Shown: in pieces, positions 46,344-56,089 of the stretch
Layout: every line of letters begins with the position of its first letter
Position numbering within the stretch: the first letter of the stretch is position 1
Source: an uncultured virus (IMG/VR IMGVR_UViG_3300009155_005562)
Lineage: Duplodnaviria; Heunggongvirae; Uroviricota; Caudoviricetes
DNA length: 58,318 bases
IMG/VR virus record: IMGVR_UViG_3300009155_005562
Reading direction: 5' to 3' (one strand)
Program-made: the position numbers and the translations under genes
Notes under the pieces: generated by a model
Told to the model about the DNA's origin: nothing
Seen by the model: the letters and a program-made list of their open reading frames with translations, nothing else
Database searches by the model: none

Positions 46344-46522
46344 GTCATAATACCTTAGCTAACTATTATCAGTTAATTTTTAGCTTGGCTCAGTATCATA
46401 AATGGTCAATAACTGAAATAGAAGACTTAATACCATTTGAGCGGGATCTTTATGTTGATATGCTAAGAGAATACTTAGAAAGAGAACAGGAAAGGTTAAG
46501 ACAGCAATCAAATGGCAGATAG
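46325..46522 (+). CDS. Baseplate hub assembly chaperone gp51-like (no standard start; probably reached by -1 frameshift from gp26)
   Basis: Not in the ORF track. The -1 frame reads FFYAGLSHNTLANYYQLIFSLAQYHKWSITEIEDLIPFERDLYVDMLREYLEREQERLRQQSNGR*, matching the gp51-type pattern (YY...F.L.Q.H..S..E.E...P.ER..Y). Confidence 0.8.
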   Translation, partial: FFYAGLSHNTLANYYQLIFSLAQYHKWSITEIEDLIPFERDLYVDMLREYLEREQERLRQQSNGR

Positions 46523-47849
46523 TAAAGCAGCATCAGTTAAAAACATTGCTTCTATGAAGAAGAGTATTACCATGGGTGCTGCTAAGGAAAAGCAGCACGC
46601 TAACTCTACAGCTCAAGTAATAGAAAAAAGTTCTGCAGTGATAAAAATAGAACTTAAGAAGCTTAAAGAGAACATAATTTCACTTTTATTTCCTGCCCCG
46701 TCCCCAGAACAAACTCCGGAGCAAAAGCCAGGTATTGGCGATACTATTAAAGCTGCAGGCGAATCAACTGCTCAAGCGGGACTAAGTATTGCTAAACTTG
46801 CACTATTAATTCCTTTATTAATGAATGATAAAGTTAAGGCGCTAGTAGGGGGATTCTTTGAAAAGTTCTTAAGTAATTTAGGTGTGGCCAAACCTATAGT
46901 CGATGCAGTGTTACTTGCTGTGCAGAACCTAGATAAAATCTTAATTACATATTTCGGGTTTAAAGTCTTTCAATCAGTTAAGGGTGCATTTGATTCCATA
47001 ATGGAGCTTGCAAGAGTAACAGGTTTAGTAGCCGAGTCAACCAATGAACAAGCCTCTTCTATTGACACAGAAAAGAAGGAATTAAGAGATAAACAAGGTA
47101 GACTTAGAGATGAAAAAGGTAAATTTGTAAAGGAAAAAAAAGACCTAGAAGAGGGTTTAGGTAAAGCTAGTGATAAAGCTAAGTCCGGTATAAAAGATGC
47201 TAAGAAGGATATGAAAGAAGCTAAAAAACTTGGCAAATTTAGTTTCTTAAAAAAATTTAAAGTATTAAAAGATAAAATTATTCCAAAATTAATTAGTCTA
47301 GGTAAAAATTTTCTTAAAGCTATACCGGGCGTAGGTACTTTATTAAGTCTAGGTCTTATTTTATATGATTTATGGTCAATAGGATCTGACATCTATGATG
47401 TGTTTACTGGCGATGATGACGAAGGTAAAAAAGAGGTCAAGCCGGAGCCTAAAAAAAGTGCAGCTCCTTCAAATGCTGCTACGCAGCAACGTGTAAGTGC
47501 AGCCCCGGCTGCTGCTACTGCGGTAGGGAAAAAATCATCAGCGCCTGCAGCAGCTTCTGGTAAGCCGGCCGCGGCTGGCAATTCTACTGCACCTGCTACT
47601 CCTACTAAAGCTGCATCAGCAGGGTCGTCTTCTTCCCCTTCAGCTACTCTTGAAACATCTACCCCTAGTTCTGCAGCAGAGCCTATCGCGCAGTCTTCCG
47701 AGGATGTTGCTTTTAAAGATGAGATGACTAATGTACAACAAGTTTCAATTACTAATATTAATAATAGTAAGAATATAACTATGGCTTCGCCCGGTAAGCA
47801 AGGCTTACCGTCAACTACTTCAGCACCTACTTTCTGCATTCTGAACTAA
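46512..47849 (+). CDS. Tape-measure-like / gp29-like protein
   Basis: Helical, Lys/Ala-rich, KAIPGVG motif, low-complexity C-terminus; follows gp26/gp51. Confidence 0.55.
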   Translation: MADSKAASVKNIASMKKSITMGAAKEKQHANSTAQVIEKSSAVIKIELKKLKENIISLLFPAPSPEQTPEQKPGIGDTIKAAGESTAQAGLSIAKLALLIPLLMNDKVKALVGGFFEKFLSNLGVAKPIVDAVLLAVQNLDKILITYFGFKVFQSVKGAFDSIMELARVTGLVAESTNEQASSIDTEKKELRDKQGRLRDEKGKFVKEKKDLEEGLGKASDKAKSGIKDAKKDMKEAKKLGKFSFLKKFKVLKDKIIPKLISLGKNFLKAIPGVGTLLSLGLILYDLWSIGSDIYDVFTGDDDEGKKEVKPEPKKSAAPSNAATQQRVSAAPAAATAVGKKSSAPAAASGKPAAAGNSTAPATPTKAASAGSSSSPSATLETSTPSSAAEPIAQSSEDVAFKDEMTNVQQVSITNINNSKNITMASPGKQGLPSTTSAPTFCILN

Positions 47850-49547
47850 ATGGATAATAAAACTAAAACTAAAGCAGGTAAAGAGACCGTCCAGAATTTA
47901 GGGATGGTAAATGATCTTATGCATTCAGGGGGCGTCTATAGAGGTAAGGGTGGAAGATTCGTATCAAAAAGCGACGCAGGGGATAATGCCCCGGAATTTT
48001 ATCAAACTATTACCAAGACTCCTTTATCATTCTCTGGTCTAGATAAAGTGGCAGAGAGTATGAAGCTTATCGCTTCATCTTTAAAAGATATTAATAATAC
48101 TATTAAAAGTCGATCTCAAAAAGGTGCTTATGAGCAAGAAGAAAAAACGTTAGAAGCCCGTAAGCCTGAAACTCCACAAGCAGAGCAGCCAACAAGTATT
48201 AAAGAAGAGGCATCTTCACTGTTCTCTAATCCAGCTTTCATGGCTGCTCTTGCTGGTATAGTTTATGCAGTATTACCAGAGGATGTACAGAAGAAAATAA
48301 ATGCCCTGTTTGGTGGGTTTACTGATAAGCTTAGCACAAATGTAGATGAAATGGGTAACCTAGGTACAGCAATAAAAGTTGCTGCCGGGGGACTTGCACT
48401 TTTTATAGGCGGTAAGTTCGTTAAGAATATAACTGATATGATTACCAGTATGGTCAAAATTGGTAAACGTATTGGTAAGATGGGCAAGCTAGGAAAAGCT
48501 GCAGCTGCTCTTACCGTTGGTGCAGTAGCAGTAGATTATGCTACAGATAAGATGAAAGAAGATAAAGAGGGCGGCAAGGAAGGTGAAGGCGGCAAAAAAG
48601 ATGAAGGTGGTAAGGAGCCAACAGCTAAACCAGAAGCAGGAAAAGAAGCAACCTCCGGGTCTGCTGCTACCCCGGAAGAAAAACCAGCTGCCGCAGCTAC
48701 TACTTCGGCAGGAGTAGAGCTGCCCGGTAAAACCGCCGAAGGTAAAGAAAAGAAGGCAGCTAAGCCAGGCTCACCTAAAAAGGGACCAGGGTTTAATGCA
48801 GGCGTATCAGCTATGAATTCTGCTATTTCTAAAGAAGGAATAACAAATCCTGTAGCCCGTGCGCAAATTTTAGCTCAAACAGCTCACGAGTCGGGCGGAT
48901 TTAAATATTCTGAAGAGCTTGCAAGCGGGCAGGCCTATGAAGGCAGAAAAGATTTAGGCAACGTTGAACCTGGTGATGGTATCAAGTATAAGGGTCGTGG
49001 ATTCTTACAGATAACTGGTAGAAGTAATTATGCCGCTATATCAAAAGATTTAGGCTATAATTTTGTTGAAGATCCTGATAAGTTATCTGATCCAAAATAT
49101 GCAGCAGAATCAGCTCTCTGGTTTTTAAAAAGACCATTTAATGCCCGAAGAATAAAAGACTGGGGGGATACTAAAGCAGTGACTAAAGTAGTCAATGGCG
49201 GATATAATGGTCTTGAAGAAAGAGAAAAATACTTTGCAGAGTTTAGTAGTGATAGTAAACTAGCGGATGCTGGTAGCGCTGCAGCGCCTTCCCCGGAAAG
49301 TGCTAGTGCACCGCAGTTGGAAGTAGCGCGCCCTGGTAAAGGTCAGCAAATATCCGAAATGACTCAAGACGTCAAGCAAAAAACTGTAGAGGCTAAGCAG
49401 ACTGCCCCGGTAATTAATAATGTTGATATGTCAAAAACCAAAGGAGTAGGGGGCAGCAAAGTTCCAGATATGCAAGCCCCCATTCCATCACCTATCGCTT
49501 CTCGTGGTTCACTTAATATTGGAACCACTCATAGTGCATCTGCTTAA
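47850..49547 (+). CDS. Tape-measure-like protein with GH19 (chitinase/lysozyme) domain
   Basis: AQILAQTAHESGGF, YEGRKDLGN..PGDG..YKGRG.LQITGR.NY, VTK.VNGG.NGL.ER. Confidence 0.85.
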   Translation: MDNKTKTKAGKETVQNLGMVNDLMHSGGVYRGKGGRFVSKSDAGDNAPEFYQTITKTPLSFSGLDKVAESMKLIASSLKDINNTIKSRSQKGAYEQEEKTLEARKPETPQAEQPTSIKEEASSLFSNPAFMAALAGIVYAVLPEDVQKKINALFGGFTDKLSTNVDEMGNLGTAIKVAAGGLALFIGGKFVKNITDMITSMVKIGKRIGKMGKLGKAAAALTVGAVAVDYATDKMKEDKEGGKEGEGGKKDEGGKEPTAKPEAGKEATSGSAATPEEKPAAAATTSAGVELPGKTAEGKEKKAAKPGSPKKGPGFNAGVSAMNSAISKEGITNPVARAQILAQTAHESGGFKYSEELASGQAYEGRKDLGNVEPGDGIKYKGRGFLQITGRSNYAAISKDLGYNFVEDPDKLSDPKYAAESALWFLKRPFNARRIKDWGDTKAVTKVVNGGYNGLEEREKYFAEFSSDSKLADAGSAAAPSPESASAPQLEVARPGKGQQISEMTQDVKQKTVEAKQTAPVINNVDMSKTKGVGGSKVPDMQAPIPSPIASRGSLNIGTTHSASA

Positions 49548-50440
49548 TCTTCTTCTGCCAGCTTCTTAAAGAAGTCCATTGACTCATCGTCATCTTCTTC
49601 CATGACTGGAGCAGGCTTGGACTTAATAACCGGCGCTGCTTCTTCTTCCCAAGGTGGGCTATCCTCAGCACGTGTTTGAGGTTTGACTGTACCAGTCAAA
49701 CCAAGTACTCGGTTAAGCTTATCCTTGAGCTCATCATACGATTTAAAATTAGAAGGATCAAGGAAAGGCTGCAGCTTATGTTCTGAATGCCAGATCTTTT
49801 CAAGTTTTTCATCATCATCTAAAAGAGGTGATGGAGATTCAAACTCTGACTTATCATAGTTACGATAGCCTTCAACATTTCGAATCTTAAGCTTAAAATT
49901 AGCACCTTCCCATAGATCAAACGGGTTTACTGGCTTCTCGTCCTCAAATTGAGGATTCATAGTCTCATTAAGCTTATCGAAAATCTTTTTACCATACTTG
50001 TATAGGAAAACCTTACCCTCATTCTCAGGGTGCGCAGGATCCTTAACAACGTAGATATTTGAGACAAAACTCAAACGTCGCTTCTGCTTACGAACAATTT
50101 CCTTATTTGCTTCAACCCCTGAATTCCAAAGCTGAGTATTATACTCTGATACCGGGTCTTTTTGACCTAGAGTGGTAAGAGATTTCTCAATGTACCAGCC
50201 GCCAGGTCCTTGGAATCCGTGATCCCAAACGCGCACGAAAGGTACATCTTCACCGGTAGGTGCAGGTAGAAAACGGATTACCGCATAGCCATTACCTGCT
50301 TTATCTACTTCAGCCTTCCAGAAACGATTATCGTCTGAACTGTTAGCGGTTTGTTGAGTGTTAAGCTTGGTCAGTTCGCTAGTAAGCTGATCGAACTGAT
50401 TTTGACGGGACTTCTTAAGTTGAGAAAAATCGACTGCCAT
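49544..50440 (-). CDS. Single-stranded DNA-binding protein gp32
   Basis: Start MAVDFS at 50440 after AAGGAG. D.RFWK..VDKAGNGYAVIRFLP, WYIE.SLTTLG..DPV, acidic tail. Confidence 0.95.
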   Translation of the reverse strand: MAVDFSQLKKSRQNQFDQLTSELTKLNTQQTANSSDDNRFWKAEVDKAGNGYAVIRFLPAPTGEDVPFVRVWDHGFQGPGGWYIEKSLTTLGQKDPVSEYNTQLWNSGVEANKEIVRKQKRRLSFVSNIYVVKDPAHPENEGKVFLYKYGKKIFDKLNETMNPQFEDEKPVNPFDLWEGANFKLKIRNVEGYRNYDKSEFESPSPLLDDDEKLEKIWHSEHKLQPFLDPSNFKSYDELKDKLNRVLGLTGTVKPQTRAEDSPPWEEEAAPVIKSKPAPVMEEDDDESMDFFKKLAEED

Positions 50441-50517
50441 GTATTTGCTCCTTATTAGCGTTGTATTAAAGTATAACGTCGTATCCACTTACTCATGACG
50501 ATATAGTATATATTATA

Positions 50518-51102
50518 TTACTTTTGTGAAAATTTATCCAGCACAATTTTTTTCATCTTATCTCTATCAAACTCTAAAAACTGCCTGTATTTCTTGCACT
50601 TTAAATTTACTTGTGGCCAAACTACTGTTTCCTCTATACGTCTACTCCACTTCCTAGAAAAACTTACCAGCTCATCTAGTATAACAAACGTCTCTATTGT
50701 TATTTCGTTCCGAAGAAGAAGCTTTAATAGTAATGGATGCTGACCGTCTACTACTAAAAAATTAGAATCGAATTCTGACTCTAATTTATCCAAGTCATTA
50801 CTAAAGGTATATGAAAGAGATTCTTTTACCTTTAAGAACTGCTTGTATAGCCTTTCAGATTCTGTGTTGTGTACCAAATCCCCGATCCAGTTGTCGCCGC
50901 TGTATACAAAATTGGATACGAGAAACTCAACGGGATCTTTTCGCTTTGAAAGCTTGTGGAAAAAGTACTTGTCAGATCTTTTTTCAAATGTTGTACGGGA
51001 GGCTTTAGTTCGCCCGCCATATTTAAAGTAGTCATATGTTTTACTCGTAAAATGGTTCTTTAAAGCAAGATATAATTTATAAGCTTCAAACGCATCCATC
51101 AA
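50518..51102 (-). CDS. Helicase loader gp59
   Basis: Y..YLALK.HF....YDYFKY.G, F.KR.D..FF.KL. Confidence 0.9.
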   Translation of the reverse strand: MMDAFEAYKLYLALKNHFTSKTYDYFKYGGRTKASRTTFEKRSDKYFFHKLSKRKDPVEFLVSNFVYSGDNWIGDLVHNTESERLYKQFLKVKESLSYTFSNDLDKLESEFDSNFLVVDGQHPLLLKLLLRNEITIETFVILDELVSFSRKWSRRIEETVVWPQVNLKCKKYRQFLEFDRDKMKKIVLDKFSQK

Positions 51103-51655
51103 AATTTAGGTTCTTAAAGAAAAGGCTTTGCTGTCTAATGTAGCGTTCCCGCATAGTAGACGCTTCTCGCACTTGTTGTAAAGTAAAGGGCATAGGCTTA
51201 AACCCATTTTTTTCCATCACATTTAACCAGTAGCCTGCATGCTGACAATTAACGTGATGGTGACCAGGTTGACCTGGTAGTGCATGAGTCATGATAACGT
51301 ATTTGCAAGATTTAAAAGTCTCAATGAAGTTAGGCATGTATTCTTCATCAACATGTTCGACAAACTCTACTGTCCAGGCTAAATCATACTTCTTCTCTGG
51401 AATAAAAGGACCCTTAGAATAATCATGGATAACTACATTGTCCTTAATGCTCTCTGGTCGTTCTACTGTAAAGTCACCGTCCACTCCTAGTACATCTAGA
51501 CCTTTATTCTTGCAGAGTTCAACTACACCGCCAGGTCCGCATCCAATATCTAAAACTGACTTAACTTCCAGATTCTCAATTAAATAATTAATTGCGCCTT
51601 CATCAACGTGCGTTTCATTTTCATGGCCGCCTAGGTGCCCGGGTAAAGTAGTCAT
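51086..51655 (-). CDS. SAM-dependent methyltransferase
   Basis: SVLDIGCGPG, GVDG, DLAW.VEFVEHV, PGQ.G.HHVNCQ...YW. Confidence 0.85.
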   Translation of the reverse strand: MTTLPGHLGGHENETHVDEGAINYLIENLEVKSVLDIGCGPGGVVELCKNKGLDVLGVDGDFTVERPESIKDNVVIHDYSKGPFIPEKKYDLAWTVEFVEHVDEEYMPNFIETFKSCKYVIMTHALPGQPGHHHVNCQHAGYWLNVMEKNGFKPMPFTLQQVREASTMRERYIRQQSLFFKNLNFDGCV

Positions 51656-51891
51656 ATAGGTAGTTTCCTTGTTTTAGGTAAATAATTTAAATCTTCCGCA
51701 TCATCTTGAATTCGCGCTTTCATTTTAGTGCTGCCTTTAATTAAAGAAGCCGCAGTCTCTATTTCTATATTATTTTGCTCGCAGTAAAGCACCACCGCAT
51801 CCAGATACGAAATTCTTTTTTCTAGAGATAGCTTATCTATTTCTCCCATGAACTCTGTAGGAGTTTTTATTCCAAAAATATCTTCTGTCAT
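51652..51891 (-). CDS. Late transcription coactivator gp33
   Basis: F..EI.......YLDAVV.YCE.N.IEIE.AA.LI....K..I..DA..LN.LP; next to gp59. Confidence 0.88.
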   Translation of the reverse strand: MTEDIFGIKTPTEFMGEIDKLSLEKRISYLDAVVLYCEQNNIEIETAASLIKGSTKMKARIQDDAEDLNYLPKTRKLPI

Positions 51892-52439
51892 TTATAAAAA
51901 ATATGTCTCCCTATTTTTGCTACTCTCTGTTTATTCCAGTTAGGGTGAACATAGTCAGCGTGATAATATAAAGCACCCTTCACCTTTTCTAACATAAACC
52001 CTTCCATAAGTATCTTTCTAGCCGCTTTTTCTGATTCTAGGTAATTATCATAGTAAATAGGCATATTGGTTTGCTTACAATACCACGAAAATTGACAGAC
52101 TGGTTTTTTATTATTCTTGTAAGTTTTTTGATACACAACCTGACAAATATCGTTAGGGAATGTATCGCTCCTAGCACGATTTACAGTTACCTGTGCTACT
52201 GCAAGTTTACCTTCAAAAGGTTCAGTTGCTGCTTCATAATAAATGTTTCTGGTAAGACATTCAAGCTGTCTTGGTGTAGCTAGTGTATCCTTTGTAACAG
52301 CTACTTCTGGTACCGGCTTAGTAATTTTACTTGTGTATAAAGTTGTAAGATAGTGGCCAAAAACAAAGAACGAATTGACAAACATAACACCTAGAGTAAA
52401 ATACAGAAGACCTTTGGTAATAGATTGGATATTATCCAT
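51888..52439 (-). CDS. Cell wall hydrolase (SleB / Hydrolase_2) with N-terminal membrane anchor
   Basis: CL..NIYYEA, AVAQVT.NR, IC.VVYQ, CQFSWYC, YYHADYV.P.W, IGRHIFY. Confidence 0.9.
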   Translation of the reverse strand: MDNIQSITKGLLYFTLGVMFVNSFFVFGHYLTTLYTSKITKPVPEVAVTKDTLATPRQLECLTRNIYYEAATEPFEGKLAVAQVTVNRARSDTFPNDICQVVYQKTYKNNKKPVCQFSWYCKQTNMPIYYDNYLESEKAARKILMEGFMLEKVKGALYYHADYVHPNWNKQRVAKIGRHIFYK

Positions 52440-52490
52440 GCTATCTCCTAAATTTTTCTGATTATAGATGTAAAGGAATATTAAAGCCAG

Positions 52491-53123
52491 TTATACTGAC
52501 TTGATGGTACTCTCAGCCTGACCATAGCCAAAAAACTTAGCTTTCCAGTCATTACGAGCCATTCCTTCGAGAGGTAGCCAACGGTGCTTCTCTTTAAGTA
52601 GTACCTTAGCTGCGTGGTTCCAGTCAGTGGATATAACAAATTCTTCAAACTGACCTTTAAGGTTGATAAAGTGTTCATATGAGTTTGAATCTTGTTCTAT
52701 ATGAACTATTTCATACACTCTATCATCATCATGATTTAAATAATCTAAACTAAAATCTAACCCCCATTTCTTCTTACAATTAATAAGATAGTTAAGTTGT
52801 GGGAGTCTTTTTTGATACTTGTGTAGTTGTATTGCAGCTTCATCAGTAAAATCACATCTATGTAGTATCATAGTGTGATCTATAAAAAATGGATCTTCCT
52901 TGCTTATATCAAACCAGGGTTCTTGCCAGCAGGTATGGTATAAGCACCCGTTACCAATCTTATTCTGATATCCTGCAGCGCAGTAGTAAGCTTGCTCTAA
53001 AGGGGTAAGCTCAAAGCCGTCTTTATCAAAGTATTTAACACTCTCTTTGCTTAAAAGACCGGCATTTACTGTTTCGCTGCAGGTAGGGTTACTATCTACA
53101 TGAACTTTAATTACAGTAAACAA
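52491..53123 (-). CDS. Hypothetical protein
   Basis: 210-aa ORF packed in the operon; no family recognised. Confidence 0.65.
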   Translation of the reverse strand: MFTVIKVHVDSNPTCSETVNAGLLSKESVKYFDKDGFELTPLEQAYYCAAGYQNKIGNGCLYHTCWQEPWFDISKEDPFFIDHTMILHRCDFTDEAAIQLHKYQKRLPQLNYLINCKKKWGLDFSLDYLNHDDDRVYEIVHIEQDSNSYEHFINLKGQFEEFVISTDWNHAAKVLLKEKHRWLPLEGMARNDWKAKFFGYGQAESTIKSV

Positions 53124-53591
53124 TTATGCTAAAAATCCTGGCTTGTAAACGGTCTTGCCGCCTTCTTTAAGTGCTGTAAGGCATTGCTTACGTTGTGGGC
53201 CGTCTTTCTTGAGTGAAACATGCACCCACCCTGAGTCTGGAATACCTGGTGTATAAAATTCGAGAATAAGCTGGTCAAAGGGTAAGTTATCTCTAATGTA
53301 AGCAGCTAAATCAGCATTTGGAATGCCGGGGACTTCAATATCACACGCTTCACCGTTGCAATGCTGGCTTGTTGCAGCGCCACCTACAGCTTCATTAAGC
53401 TTAGCACCTCTATACCCTGAGTTTACCTTTACGGGCTTCCCGTAATGCTCTCGAACAGGTTGCACAACCTTTTCTACTAAGTTCTTTAAGTTTTCCATAT
53501 GGACACCCTGAGGGGTATTATCAATACCCTTCTTTGTTGCTGTGTCGCTCTTGGTAAATTCTTCTAAGGTAAAGTTTTTAGATAATTGCAT
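53124..53591 (-). CDS. Peptidase M15A (Zn D-Ala-D-Ala carboxypeptidase-type endolysin)
   Basis: LS.NFTL.E...S, NSGYR...LN..VGG...SQH..GEA.D, FDQLILE, WVHVS. Confidence 0.9.
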   Translation of the reverse strand: MQLSKNFTLEEFTKSDTATKKGIDNTPQGVHMENLKNLVEKVVQPVREHYGKPVKVNSGYRGAKLNEAVGGAATSQHCNGEACDIEVPGIPNADLAAYIRDNLPFDQLILEFYTPGIPDSGWVHVSLKKDGPQRKQCLTALKEGGKTVYKPGFLA

Positions 53592-54210
53592 GTCGTCTAT
53601 CCTGTAAGTAAAATTCTTTTAAAGAAAAAACTATAAAGTCAATGTATAGTATAAGAAGCTTGAGCATGTGTATTATATTTAGTAATCTTGAAAACTTAAA
53701 ATATCTGTATAGTTTACGTGCAATATAGCCGTGTTCTATTTCTTCTTGAGTATGCCAAAGCCAGAAGTTTTTGATTTCAGGGTCAGTATTTGTAAATTTT
53801 TCCTTTAGTAAAAGCTTACATACTCTAACTATCATAGCTTCAAAGCAAACTGCATACGATAGCTTATCACTATTTTTTAAGATAAGAACGCGCCCGGCTA
53901 GCCTTTTTGCTTTATTTTGAATAGAGCTTATATCGTAGTTTAATGATAATTGTTCATTAAATGCTTTATGATTATAACTATGCCAGCTTTCTTGTCCGAA
54001 TAAAATATCTATTTCAGCTAATAATGTTTTGTCTTTAACTTTCTTTTTGTAAAAACTTAGAAGTCTGCAGAAGATGTATTCATTTTGCTCAAATAATAAT
54101 GAATTAGCATTCCAAAAAAAAGTTTTAAATTTATTATTATCAAACCAGTATTTTGTTAATTTAAAGCTAAACTTTCTAGGTCTTATTTCCATTTTGTTAA
54201 TCCAAGACAT
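53578..54210 (-). CDS. Ferritin-like diiron 'predicted metal-dependent hydrolase' family protein
   Basis: I.PR...F, W...N...T.F.NA.S.LF...E..F, GQE..H...H..FN, E, WH..EE.EH carboxylate/His pattern. Confidence 0.75.
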   Translation of the reverse strand: MSWINKMEIRPRKFSFKLTKYWFDNNKFKTFFWNANSLLFEQNEYIFCRLLSFYKKKVKDKTLLAEIDILFGQESWHSYNHKAFNEQLSLNYDISSIQNKAKRLAGRVLILKNSDKLSYAVCFEAMIVRVCKLLLKEKFTNTDPEIKNFWLWHTQEEIEHGYIARKLYRYFKFSRLLNIIHMLKLLILYIDFIVFSLKEFYLQDRRHAII

Positions 54211-55361
54211 ACATTAGTACCACCGAATGCAAAGGAATTATTTAGTACAGTATTAATAGGGTTAAACACAGGTATGGTAGGTAAGAATATATTACTACTT
54301 ATATCTGCATCTAACCCATTAATAAAGTTATTTTGTATAATTCTATTATTTTTTATAACAAAAATACAAGCTAGAGTTTCAAAGGTACCAGCTGCACCCA
54401 ATAGATGGCCAGTGAGGGATTTAGTTGAAGAGATAGGTATATTTACTACTTCTTTGCCGAATACTTCTTCTATAGCTTGAAGTTCTATTAAGTCACCTAC
54501 CGGGGTCCCTGTACCATGACTATTAATATAAGATATATCTTTAGTATTTAAATCTTTTAAGCATTCTTTTATTACTCGTGCTTGGGAAGACCTGCAGGGC
54601 TTGGTAAATGTTTCTGTCCCTGTAGATAAGCCATACCCCGTAATCTCACAGTATATTTTGGCTTTACGGGATAAAGCGTATTCTAAATCTTCTAAGATTA
54701 ATGATACTGATCCTTCTGATATGGCTGTCCCTTTTCTATCTGCTGAATATGGTCTAACCGCATTAAAACTATATTCCTTATCTTCATTAATTGCGCCTAT
54801 ACCGCGCCACCAGCTGGCGTTAAGTTTGGTATTTAAGCATTCCGAGCCAACTGCTACGGCGTTTTTTAAAGCACCACTCTTTATTCTTAAATATGCCTCT
54901 CCTAATGCTACGGCGGACGATGAGCACGCTGTGGTATATGAGATGCACGGCCCGGTGATTTTTTCTCTCAAAGAAATATAGCTTGCACCCTGATTGGGCA
55001 TCGCTTTAATAATGGAGATAGGGTTAATTTTCTTACCGTTAGAAATATTACTATAGCATTCTTCCACTGTAAGGGCTCCGCCAAACCCTACTCCATAAAA
55101 TATACCTTCAGGTACTATACCTGAATCATCACGGGCCCTCTCATAGGAAATCCAGGAGAGTTTAGTTACTTTATCCGTAAGATTTGTATCTGATGATGAG
55201 AACATAGAGTCAATATTTTCATCTACCGAGCCGCTCACGGTATTATGGCTATCGTTCCATTTTAGACCTGAAATACTATTGTATAGCCTGTGTTCTATTG
55301 TATCTAAATCACCACCTATAGGTGTTATCGCGCCGGCGCCTGTTATAACTACTCTTCTCAT
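54183..55361 (-). CDS. fabF: Beta-ketoacyl-ACP synthase (FabF/KAS II type)
   Basis: RRVVITG.G...PIG. Intact Cys-His-His triad (TACSSS, INSHGTGT, STKSLTGHLLGAAG). NSFAFGGTN. Confidence 0.92.
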   Translation of the reverse strand: MRRVVITGAGAITPIGGDLDTIEHRLYNSISGLKWNDSHNTVSGSVDENIDSMFSSSDTNLTDKVTKLSWISYERARDDSGIVPEGIFYGVGFGGALTVEECYSNISNGKKINPISIIKAMPNQGASYISLREKITGPCISYTTACSSSAVALGEAYLRIKSGALKNAVAVGSECLNTKLNASWWRGIGAINEDKEYSFNAVRPYSADRKGTAISEGSVSLILEDLEYALSRKAKIYCEITGYGLSTGTETFTKPCRSSQARVIKECLKDLNTKDISYINSHGTGTPVGDLIELQAIEEVFGKEVVNIPISSTKSLTGHLLGAAGTFETLACIFVIKNNRIIQNNFINGLDADISSNIFLPTIPVFNPINTVLNNSFAFGGTNVCLGLTKWK

Positions 55362-56089
55362 ATCTTTTCTAATACTTTACCAAAATAGAATATCGGATCG
55401 AATTCCCACCAGCGTTTTCTTTGATTAGGCTCGTTAGGGAAGGCATGGTGATTATTATGCCAGTCACCACCAAATATACCTAAAAATAAATTATTGTGAG
55501 AGTTATTTAAGGTGTCGTAGTTTCTATAGTTAAACGGTGTTTTTTTATGTGAAAAATAATTAAATACATCAATACAGATATAATTAAACATTACACTAAG
55601 AATTAAGTATTTAAAGAAAACGGTGTTAATTAACAAGGATAAAAATATAGTGCCATATGTAAGCTCATAGTAGTATGTGTTAATGAATGTTTCTATTCTT
55701 GATTCATTCTTGTCAATCTTACCTATAAGCTTAGAGTCAACGATATGCATATCTATAAGAGTAAAGAACCCCTGGTGTGGTCCGTGCAGATCTAGTTCGG
55801 TATCTGTATATCTGTGATGTAATCTATGCATTGCAATGTAGGTTCTTGAAGAACTAAACATACTTAAAAGTGTAAAGCAACAGAAAATATCTCTAAGATA
55901 CCAGGATATTTTAAAAGCGCGGTGGCTAAAAATTCTATGAAGTACTAATTGATTAAAGACGATCTGTATGTAAACTAGAAATGTTAACAAATAGTAATTA
56001 ATGGGGCTGTCATTTATAACAGAGTCAATTAAAAAATAAAGCCCGGTAAGAAAAATTCCTAGAAATAAAATATATCTTTTAATCTTCAT
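55358..56089 (-). CDS. Membrane fatty-acid desaturase (delta-9-like)
   Basis: His boxes HRIFSH, HRLHH, HNNHH; WWEFD; hydrophobic segments. Confidence 0.9.
   Translation of the reverse strand: MKIKRYILFLGIFLTGLYFLIDSVINDSPINYYLLTFLVYIQIVFNQLVLHRIFSHRAFKISWYLRDIFCCFTLLSMFSSSRTYIAMHRLHHRYTDTELDLHGPHQGFFTLIDMHIVDSKLIGKIDKNESRIETFINTYYYELTYGTIFLSLLINTVFFKYLILSVMFNYICIDVFNYFSHKKTPFNYRNYDTLNNSHNNLFLGIFGGDWHNNHHAFPNEPNQRKRWWEFDPIFYFGKVLEKI

Noticed and set aside
50811..51035. Small overlapping ORFs within gp59
   Set aside because: Alternative-frame or antisense ORFs inside a well-supported gene, with no motifs.
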